NCBI GenBank assembly: GCA_036172245.1
Contig: JAYWIR010000001.1
Span: 496,001-560,000, forward strand
Origin: Raillietiella orientalis
Lineage: Eukaryota
Direction: 5' to 3'
DNA: 64,000 bases
Shown: positions 12,301 to 23,600 of the stretch, one piece after another
Numbering within the stretch: position 1 is the first letter of the stretch
Layout: the number at the start of each line of letters is the position of its first letter
Notes under the pieces: generated by a model
What the model was told of the DNA's origin: nothing
Seen by the model: only the letters and a program-made list of their open reading frames with translations
Databases searched by the model: none
Made by a program: the position numbers and the translations under genes

Positions 12301-15300
12301 ATATATACATAGATATATTCAGGGTTCCATTGCATGTACTTATGTATACATGTATTCAGAGTTCTTTTATATGTATAAAAAAGGAATGTGCTATCCGGAT
12401 CTACATTAAAAAAAGGCTGAAGAGCAACATCATGCACGTTATAACATACATTCAATGATCAGTGTACGGACTGCTATGTATTTGAAGCACAACGTATGTA
12501 AGGATATTTGGGGCACCAGGCTCTTCGAGGAACGTCAGGCTTTCCCAGGAGAATCCCTTGGTCATCCAATTTAAGGATCGGAGAGTTTGGATTTTCAATT
12601 AGGTACTGCTGATTTCCTCAACGGAATGCATTCTCCCCCTCTCGTTTCCTTGGAAACTTGCGAGCCCCCAGTTTTGGTACCCGCGATCCAAATCTGCCCG
12701 TTCTGTCGATCTTGGCTTCCAGGTGCCTCCTTTTGGGTCAGCTGGAGTGTGTGGCGACCGCACGCCACACACGGGCGTGGAGTGGAAGGAAGCGTGGAGG
12801 CGAACACCATGCCAACGCGACGTTGCACCTTCCGCACGGTGCACCGCCCGCAAGCATTGCGTTATCTTCGTTTTCTTGTAACTCGTCTTGGTGCTTGCCT
12901 GCAATCCACCAGAACCGGAATCATTGGCCCTTGCTGCAGGTGCAACGTCGTGTCGCCATGGTCTCCGCCGCCCATGCTGAAGATCTCCCAGAACGGGAGA
13001 TGGAGCGAATCGCCGTGTAGCAGCACGCACTCGGTGTGGTGCGGCACGAACACGTGTGGTGCACGCGGCCCTCTTTTGATGATCGCACGGCACTTTCGTT
13101 ACGGAAATGGGGAAGCTCCGTTGGGAACATCGGACGTCCGACGTGCCGCCATTGGGACCTTCAGCTCCAATGGCGGCGCGACACCCGGAAGAAGCGCCTT
13201 TTCACTGCCTACAACATGCCTGGCAACAATGAGTTGGTGTAAATGGCGGAGGTGGATGCTTCGCTCTATTTTTCAATAATTTCGCTCTGGAGGGAGAAGT
13301 GCTTCGCTGCAGCGATTTCTCTAGAGAGATATTAGATCCAAAAAAAGGGGGTTTCATCTGCAATTCACCCCTTCGGGGAATGCCTTTAATCAAAGGGAAT
13401 TCATGCAGCGTAGTTTAAAGGGGCGGCAGTGACGTAACCCCAGAGAGGGCAGGACTCAGTGATTCTTCATAAGGGGAAACGCACTGACAACTGGAAGAAA
13501 TGGAGGAACCTCACTAAAAAGGGGACAGAAAATTGCACCTTCATTCTGGAAATTCGGAGGAAGGAGGGATGGAGGAGGCCCGCGCTGGAGGCCGTCCGGC
13601 TGCGACCTCCACGCGCGAGGCATCGAACGTCGCGAGTTCGGATCCCACCTGGGGAAGCGTCGACGCCGAGAATGAGGCGGAAGGAATGGAGGGGGGGAGG
13701 CGTCGTGGGTTTCGACTTCTCCGTGCAAGGATGACGCTGTTTGGCTTCGGTTGGCTTCGGGTGTGGTCCCCGTTAATTGGTCTCCGGGTTTGGAACTGGG
13801 GAACTTCCGGGATCCTTCCAGGAATCGAGGAACCCTTCGAGGTTCGCTTCTGGTTGTGAAAATGGAACCGTACCATGGGGCTGGTTGATGCTCCCTTTCG
13901 GGGGTCACCTCTCCAGAGTGCAAGAAGAGTGCTGCCTTCGGGGTTTTCTTCGGAGGAGCAAAGAAGGGGTGGATCTTTCCGAACTTGAAGAGTTGATAAG
14001 GAGGAAGAGAGATGGCTGCTTAGTGGATCTTGAACACCTCCCTCTTCTTTTTTTTCCATTTTTTTTTTTTTTTTGTGGGTGGATTTGGCATCTTCAACTG
14101 GACCTTAGTCTGCCGAACATTTTTCTCGTTCGCTTCCAACGCCATCACCTCCGTCAGACGTTGCACATTCCATCTCTTGCATCTTTCCACCAAAAGATTC
14201 GAAAAACTGAGGATGCTACCGTTCTTGTCGTCTTTCTCCAGAACGTCCAGCATCGTAAGAGCCTACCTATCCTTTCATCTACATGCATCCATGGACCTAC
14301 AGATTGATATAGATAGATGGAAATGCAATGCGTGTCGACTGTTTGTTGCTGATGTCTTGGTTTCGTTGGTTCCATGAACAAGCAGCTGACGGTTCTCTTC
14401 CTGCTAGGGTGATCCGGAGGATGAGGAGGGGATGCCGCAAGATCGTCAAATCGCAGACCTTCTACTGGCTGATTATCATACTGGTCTTCCTCAACACTTG
14501 TGTTTTGGCCACGGAGCACTACAACCAGCCTCCCTGGCTGGACGCATTTCAAGGTAGGACACGGGGGGTCGGAGGCGTTCTTTTGCGGAGCGAAGTGATA
14601 AACATCATCGCATCCGAAAAGCCAAAGAACCAAAAAAAAAAAAAAAAAGGAAAGAAACGGAATAAAATGGCATTAAGAAAAGAAAGAAAGAAAAGATCGT
14701 TTCCGGATTGACCAATGGACAAACTGCTTTCGTTTTTTCGATCAGCGGAAAAGGGAATACCACAAAAAGCAAACTAACAAACTGGGATCTACAGCCAGCC
14801 ATGATTTACGCTGCGTCATGGAAGACGACCATGAAATGTCCTGACTTTTTTTCGGAACGTCTTCCCGCAAGTCCATCGACTCCGGCGGCCGACACCTCAT
14901 GTGCAGGATCTGCTCCGCAGCTGTACTTTGTCAATCTCTTGTTTTCCAAAACAGTTTTTTTTTTCCTTTTGCTTATTCTTTTCCTTGCAGCCTCCGAATT
15001 CTCACCAGATTCTTTCAGATTTCTCGAACGTTGTTTTCGTGGTCCTGTTCACTCTAGAGATGATCCTCAAGATGTTCAGCTTGGGATTTCAGGTAAGACT
15101 CCTGGGCGAGCGATTTTCCTTTCTTCCTCCTTCTTGCCCTCCCAAACGTGGTGGTCCGAGTCCCGGTCACATCCAGAGGGATGCGCCGAGGGGCGGACGA
15201 ATATTCACCCCGTAGCAAATCAAAGGAGCGTTCCAGGGGGCGCAGGTGCGGCGCGGCCTTGCATTTTCCGATGCACACACCGGCTGGAGGTTTCCTCCTC

Positions 15301-17625
15301 GGTCCCCACTGACTGCAAGCTGCACCGGAGGGCTTACCGAAGTCCCTGCAGTTCCTGCTCCTCCTCCTCAGCGCGCGCGTGTGTCTCCACTTTTCCCCGC
15401 AAATGCGGCCGAGGTCCAAGCACCTGGTTCGACTTCCTCGCCGAGATCGACAGCTCGTTTCATCCTGAAGAACGGTTGCCGACGAGACAGCATGGAGCGT
15501 CGCAAATGGCGCGCGTCCTGAAACATCTGAAGATCTCTTCCGCACGTCGGGCAACCCTGCACCCTCGTACGCCGAGCGAATCGCCGTGCTTGAAAGTACA
15601 CGCACCTCCTGAAGGATCATTGCGTCAGCGGGAGGCGTTGATCCCCGGATGTGGCGTTCCGACTCGAGAGCTTCCGTTCTCCGGAAAAAAAAGCTCGGAG
15701 AGGAGGGCGTGACGTCATCGGAACTCCAGCAGTGGGCACTCCGGAACCACGAGCGCAAGACACTGCTTCGCCTGAAGGAGGCGTTGGCTGGAATTCGATG
15801 CTGCTGCTGCACGGCAGACGACCGAGCTCAGACGAGAGAAAAAGATGGCGTGCGACTCCTTTGGACTTCGTCCTCCAGCGTCTTCTTAGAAAAGCGTTCG
15901 ATGAGAATAAGAAGGAAGAGGAATAGGAGTGGGTTAGAAAATTTTTTCATTTTCCTTCCGTTCGCGCAAAAACACCGTCGAGGTACGTGCTCGGTGAAAG
16001 TGAACGCGCATTTTCTTCCTGAACCTCCTCTTCAACTTCGAAGCCAAAGCGGCAGCGGAGTGGAACTAGAAATAGTCTTCTATCGGCTACAGCGGATTCC
16101 AGAAACGCCCTCCTTCGGTTGATGGAGCAGTGGGAATTGAAAACGCACGGCTTACGCAGGCACAAACCAAGTGCGCGCCTTGGAGAAGAGAGAAGGCCAC
16201 GTTGCCCTGCGTCTTCAGGCGGAGGTTCCTTGGGAAAGCGGGAAGGTCGTTCAGCTGGAAAAACGGACCGGCCCGCGGACGGGAAGGAAAGAAGACGCTT
16301 TCGCTCTCTCGCAGCGGAAGCAGAGGACAGAAGGAGACAGAAGAAACGACCGCCCGTTAACAGTTTGGGGTGCGTGGATGCAGATGCATTCAGACTGGTC
16401 GGTTTCTGCGCGCGCACGAACCAGCAGGATTAAGATGGGGTCGCTTTTCCCTTCCACTTACAGCTCGATGACGCGGTCAGGAGGTCGGTCAGGTAGACTT
16501 TGTCTCGAAGACTCGGAATCCCCCCATTGCTTCTTCACTGACTCGGTGAGGAGGGCAGCGAGCCATGCCTCCCGCCGTCGCCATGACGGCGGGCCATTCC
16601 GGCGAGGATATGCGACCCGCTAGCGAGGACAGTGCCACGCTTTTCGCAGACGTACCGCCAACAGTCTGACGCTGTCCTCGGTAATTCGCCACAGGCTAAT
16701 GCTGGTGTCCTGGCGCTGTCTCCGGTACGTCCTCCAAAAACTAACGCGGGTGTCCCGACTCTGTACTTGGAGCGTCCGTCAAGGGCTAATGCGAGTAGTC
16801 TTCCCGTCGCTGCAAAGCGGAATCCTCCAAGCGTTGGATTTTTCCGCCCGCCAACTGGGAACACGTTCTGGGCTTAGACCGTCGCGGAACAGGTTCGTTT
16901 CACCACCCTAACGAATGAGGCTGCTCGCCATGGAAACGTTGCTGGGTGTGCGGCCCTTGGTCGAAAGGCCAGAGGGGCGAAGCCACCATACGCCGGATCA
17001 TGCCTGAGCACTTCTGAGACGGAGTCCCCCTTAGCCGAGAGAGCAACGGCAGCGCCGCGCCTCCGGCGCCGGGTGTGGATAGGCCGGGCGTGCCGGGACG
17101 TTCCTTCCGCGGACGCGGAGGTGCCAAGCCGTCTGCAGGCGACCTGCGCGCCGACCGGTGTATGTTGCGCTTGGGGCGGAGCAGCCATCACCACACTGCG
17201 ATCGATCACACCCGTCGAGAGTTTGCTCAAAACTCGAAGACCCGGTGGCCCTTTGGTCCTTGGTCCTCTTCACAATGCCGTCTCTCTGATCCTCCCAAGC
17301 GCCAGACGATGAGAGAGGCGGCGTGGCGAACCCGAAGCCGAACCGCGTCTCTAGTCGTCCGGAACGACGGGGGAGAAGGGAAACCTCGCAAGGGATGGTT
17401 CCAGGCTGGACGCTCAAGATGGGAAAATATTTGCCCGGGAGGAAACTAGGAAGAGTCCAGATGGCTTTCCCTTTGCACTCGCCTGGGTGAGGTTCCCGCG
17501 TGTAAACAGCGTCCACTTCCCGCTCGCGAGCCCGAACGACTGAACACCTATCGCACGTAAAAAAGAAACACCACTTGCGTCAGAATAAACAGTTAAAGGT
17601 GTACATATATATATGTGTGTACACC

Positions 17626-17667
<42 letters not shown>

Positions 17668-20600
17668 GGAAAGAACAAAGTACATTTCGTGTTGATAACA
17701 GCTGACTAAGGAGGACTCGAACTTTCCTGCCGAAGGACACATCCTCCGCACGCGTGTGTGCATCCGCGCGATGACTGTGTGCCCACAAAGTGTTCGGGGT
17801 TGTGACCTTGCCTAGTAGAGATTGGCTCCTTCCGGTACCTGGTCGGATCAACTCGGAATTCGGATTCCAATTTCCTCTTTGGCACACGGAAACGGTCGAT
17901 AGGCTTCCGTCTCCAGGATGCGGCATCCTTTCGATTTTTTGTTCCCGGGAGGATGGGTTTTAAGAAGCGGACCACTTTGTGATCGACCTGAGCGCTCGCT
18001 CAATGAAGATCCGTTTGGCCCTCTCAAAAGCTGTAGTCACTCCCACGCTTGAAGGGAGGAAAGGGGGAGAGGGGTGCTCGCTAGGGTCGGCACGGTCGAG
18101 TGAGAAATTGGTGGTGCATAGGACACTTCCCCCAGAGGAAGGGGGAGATCGTTCTTCAATCGACGGGCAAGAGGACCTCGGGCATCCACGTGCAAGAGTT
18201 TGAAGGTGCCCCACGGATGAAGATAGGCAGGCGGCTCATCCTCCGAGCGGCCTTCCTCGTTGCCGCGGTAGGCAAACCGACTGCAGCCCGGGGCTCTCAA
18301 ACTTGGTTTCCTCCTGCTTTCGGAGCATCCACCTACGGGAAAATAGGCGACCCCACTTCCTTGTTTTGGGCTTTCTCCCGCTCTCGGTGCGCCCATTCAC
18401 GGGAAAATAGGCCACTTCTGTCTATCGGAAGGGCATAACATTAGTGGAACCAGAGCCTGGAGGTGCGTCCTGCTTTCCAGCACGGCGTCGGAAGACGCCG
18501 GTCGATGGCTTCTCCGACCTGCGCAATCGCCCCGTGGGAATATTGGTGGTGGCTAGAGGCACCGTCAAGTGAGGGAAGCCTGGAGACGCGCTTCTCTTGC
18601 GATCTCCTAGCTACGAGGGTTGCTAGGGGCCGCGATCCTCCCCGGAGAGCCGGCTGGAGAGGAATGGACTCCCCTCGTCCATCCTCGGCGCCTTGCGGAA
18701 CGAGAGATGGAGTGCGTTCCATTTGATCGGATACATCGCCTCCATCTCCGGTCCCGGGCGTCCTGGAAACGAGGTGCTGGAAGCTCCGCGGTTCGCTTAG
18801 GATCTGACGCGAGCCATTCATATTTGATGACCTTTCCTTCCTCTTCGTCGTTTGCCGGTTCAGGGACATCTTCCTTAACTCGCAGAGGAACCTCCGTCTG
18901 TTCCCGTTCCTACTCTTTGCTTGCGCAGCAAGCACGCGCTTCCTATTTCGGTCCTTGCATGTGCGTGCGCGTTTCCAGAGAAACTCTTCTTATCAGCGCA
19001 TCCGCGGTGAGACCCGGTGTCCGCGCGCGAACGGGAGAGTCGACGCGCGTCTGCTGCACGCCGTTGTCTTCTGAGCGGTCATTCGAGGGTTACACACCCT
19101 GCGCTCAGGACCAGCCCTGCAGCCCTGCGATTTGGGTCTCACGAAACGGAAAGGGGGCGGCCCTCGCTCAAGAAGCAGCTCGCGTCCCGTGTGCCGGGCC
19201 GTTTCCAGCTCCCTAGGCGCCGGCCCGAACATCAACGCGAAACGGAACGCTGGCGGGAGGGAAGAGAACACGCGTTTCCATGCCGATGCCTCGCCACGAG
19301 GAACGGCATACTCGTGTGCCTCGCGTGCGGCTTCTCATCCGATTGCCCTGGGACGTTTCATCCGCCAGCAATCCCTGGTGCGGCTTCCGACGAGGTCCAC
19401 AACGGGGGCAGAGGGGAAAGGGGAGAGACAAAAAGAGAAACAGGAACGAAAAGGATTACCTGCGGGATAAGGCTCAGGCTCTTCAGTCCCACAAGAGACC
19501 AGTTGCCTGCTTCGAATAGGAACACATCTCTGCCAAAGCAAAAAGTAGTACCCACATGATCGACCAGCTGAAGTTTCATTGGCTGGATTTGAAAAGAGTT
19601 TGAAGACTTTTATTTATAAAAACAACCTTACCGGCGCTTATTTATAAAAATCAACCCCAGCAAGGTTTGGGGCTTCCGACGAGGTCCACAACGGACGCGG
19701 AGGAAAAAAAAGAAATAGAACAAGGAAGATTGCCTGCTGGATAAGGGGAGGAGGGAAGAGATCACATTTCTTTTCTCTATGTCCTCCGCAACCAATGCAG
19801 GACACCAGTGAGTTCCTCCCTGTGTCTGCCAGTGTGGTTCCACCTCGACGCTACCCTTAGAAGCGAAGAGGATGGCGGCTACCCTGTCGCTGCGGCCTCG
19901 CCCCTTGCGGCGGCGACACCACGCAGGCAGCAGAGCGCTGCGACTGCTGAAGGCTGGCGACGAGACACTCGGCACGGGGGGAAGTATTCCAGTACGCCTC
20001 TGGTGTCTTCTGCCGGGGCGAGAAGGGGCACGGAAAGGAGTGGCTACGGAGTCCGGGGGCGGTGCCATTCGCGAGCAGGAACGACTCCACCCTCCCGCAC
20101 CTGGACACGGTACGGCGCGACAGCCTTCCGCCTCCTCCAGTGGCGGCGGCGCGCTCTGCACGGGAGCCCTCGATGCAGCGCCAGCTGCTGCCACTTGAGA
20201 AGAGGGTTCACTGTCACAGGGGGCACCCTGCAGATCCTCAGTTGGGATGCTGGAGAGCTCGCCCCAGCGAACCAGCCCTTTGGAGGCGCTGTCGGTGTTG
20301 CCGCGTCTCCAGCCACCAAGAGGTTTCCTGCGGCCAGCGGTCTTGCAGGAAACTTCCTGCCTCGGCGGCAGCGTGAGGTGAGGACACGCGGCGGCTTCCG
20401 CTCTAGTGCGTCCTGGGATGGAACCAAACCACCACCGCCGCCACCCCGGTGCGAGTAGGTCGCGTACCAACTCCCTCGCCGATGTCCGCCGAACCCTCTT
20501 CTCTCTCGTCCCTTCCGAGACGGACCTCACGCGATCGCAGGAGGCGCTGCAAACCACAAGCGCACCCTGCGGTGAAGTTTCAGTGCGGCGCCGCTTCCGT

Positions 20601-23600
20601 CGAATTGGCCGTCTCCTTCAGTTCTGCCCCCATCATCGCCCGCACGCATTCGACCTCCCAGAAAGGGTGTGTAGAGCACCGGGGAGTCCATGCGAGTCCC
20701 GTCGAGCAGGAGCGCGCGGGCAGGGAAGAGGTTTCAGGTGGTGCAGCCGGCACGGCATGCTGGCAGCTGGTCGGACTCGGAAAGACCAGGAGACCTCCGA
20801 TCGATCCATTCTTGGGACGGACTGGATCCCACTCCGCGCCCTGTACTCCGACGAGAACCCCTGCACTGCTTCCATGAACTCCCCCGACGATAAGGCTCCA
20901 AGAGGCACGGGGTGAAAATGGGGGGTCGGCTCTCCGCCTCCCCATGAGAGGAGTGCCCGCCGCCGTCTGAGGGAAATCGCTGCAGGATCGGGCGCCCGGC
21001 GAAGCAGCCATGGGATTGAAAAGTTCTCGAGGAATAGGCGGAGGGGGACATCGGAGAATGCAAGCGGCTTGCTCGAACACTCTGCTGAGGCGTCGGACGG
21101 GTCACAGCACCCGTAGCGAAAGGACGGGTCAAGAGTAGAAGGGGTCCATTTGCCTTGAAACGGCTGTGCAGCAAAATGAAACGTGCCTCCAGCATCTCCC
21201 GTAATAACTCATGTTAACCCTTTGAGTGTTATGGACGCATCTATGCGTTAGGAGAATGTTCTTTACCTTATGCTCGCGACATAAGTTGACACTATCAGTG
21301 TTTGATTTACGTTGTCATTCCCTTAGCAACGACAGTAAAGAAAATTCTATCTCTATCGGCTAACGACTCTCGTTTTTTCAGCGAGTCACCTCTCTAAAAA
21401 ACCGAGAACAGCATAATGTTATAGTTGTGTCGTGTCTAATTTATTATACTGTACCCCACCCAAATGAATTATTGATTTTATTGGAATTATAACGATCATT
21501 TCCAGCTAAATAATATATGCTTGGGAAAAATGAAGACATTTTATTTAATGTGGTGTAAATAAACAATTGCAATGGGTAACTTTGTAAAATCAGCACTTTA
21601 CAAAGTTAATCGGTACCTGGATAGGGCACGCGGTACGCGAAAAAGCGTTCCGTCCAATTGCGACTCGCGTGCCGTCAACACGGAACGTCAAAGTCTGATG
21701 AGCTCCGCACCCAAAGGGTTAATTCACCCTGAGCACCGTCTGGTGTCACAACGCGCGCTTGGCAGTGAAGAAGCCCTGCCAGTGACTCCCTCGTGACCGA
21801 GGAACTTGCTGCGTCTGAGGTCGCTAGGGAAAGCGCGGCTGTCATTCCGGGAAGACACTCACAAAGCAGAAACGGCTGCCGGAGATTCGACTGAGGTGCC
21901 ACCAGACTTCGAGGCGAGCGACTTTCCCCATTCCGGACCACTGAAAGCGGCACGGAATCCAGAACCCATTTCTCCTCCTCCTCCTTTCTTCCTCCTTTTC
22001 TTCCTCTCCTCTTCTTCCTCCTTCCCCTTCTTGCCGAATGACCGTTCCCGTTGCCATTGCAGCAAAACTCCAGAATTCGATGCTCGTCTTCGCTCGTCAG
22101 CCATCTGCTGCCGTCTCTTACCATCAGGTCCAGATTGGCTCCCCACGAGCTGCCTGCTCCCTCAATTTTGCTGCTCCTTCGCAGCGACTCTTTCGATTCC
22201 TGTGCATCAAAGGATGCTGGAAGAGAAACTCTGGATGGATGACGCAGGGAGTTTCCGCCAACTTCTGATCCTATCCTTCCCCTTCGACGCTTCCTGCGAT
22301 TTCCGAAGGCCCTTCCATTACGGGTGGCTACCCGTCCGCTGCGCGTCCCGAGGACGCAGGACGTTCGGTTGTCCCTTCCACATCCCACCCATTGCACTCT
22401 CCCCAGATATCCTTCTGAGGTCGTGCTCGCGGCAGCGGGCACTTCAGGCGGCTGTCAAGCGTGGGTCAGCCCTCGATGCTTGCCGCCCTTCTTCTATCAC
22501 GCCTTTTCTGACATAAGTTTGCGGACGGTGATTCCATCCTTCTCCAGAGCGGGATGGCCCCGGAGGCTGCCAATTCCTAGTGTTTCGTGTGCGTGCGTGT
22601 GCGTGTTTTAGGGATCACGACAGCGCGGCGAGAGACGGCGGGACCCCGGAACGGACGGCCAGCGTGCGTGGGTGGTCTTCTCGCACAAGCCGCCGATGGG
22701 GCCTCCTCCCTTTTCCTCGGAAGGCACGGGAACCCTAGTGCTTCGGGGTGCCCCGCCGGATGCGGGTCCCATGCTCATCGCACCTGCTCGGGATGCCGCC
22801 GCTGCTCCTCACTTTCTCCGGAGACCGTTGCTTGCGGGCGGCGCCCCGCGGGTGACTTTGCCGCCCTCGGATCGCCGGTCTTAAACAGAGGACGCCCGAT
22901 GACATCGCAGTCCTTTCTCGTAGTAAGCGAATCCGCATTCCCTTTCGTGGAACGGGTGCAGGGTCAAGGAGCGCCGCGACCTTGGGGCGCTCTTGCCTCA
23001 AAAGACTGTACACGTTTGGTCTTCCGGATGTCCTCCTGCCCGATGTCCATCTTCGCGTCCTCCTCTCTTCGTCGTCAGCCGGCGGTGCCCGCTGACGCCG
23101 GCTGGCATAAATTCGGGGGAGGCCGCTCCTCGTTGGTTTGAAGCGATCGCCGGTTGCGAGACGTGCACTGGTTCCGGTCTTTCCTGCCTGCGGGGCACGG
23201 AAGTTAGCAGGTCGGGCAGTCTTTCGCCTTCGGTGCCCCGGCTACCGATTGTTTCTTAGGCCGCAGTCGAAGAGTCCTGCGCGCAGGAAGCATCCCGAGT
23301 GAAATCTCGAGAGAGACCCCGGGGGTTGTGAGATCGCCTCCAGATGTGTGGTTCATGTCCTCCCGGACGCAGCCAAATTGTTGTGGGAAGTGCTCGCCTC
23401 CTCGGTGCAGATCAAAATCCCAAACGATCTTAAAAATAAATACATATGCCTATCATATACATATAGATATAGATATATATAGGTTAACGTATAGATCAAC
23501 GGATATTACAAAGATTATAAAAAATTAATACATATGTCACTTATTTATAGTAATGTGCATATTGATGTATAAATTAGCATATAGATTACTATACATTCCA

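Noticed and set aside
21696..21720. Hammerhead ribozyme core CTGATGA (also at 2761)
   Set aside because: No correctly placed GAAA or supporting stems
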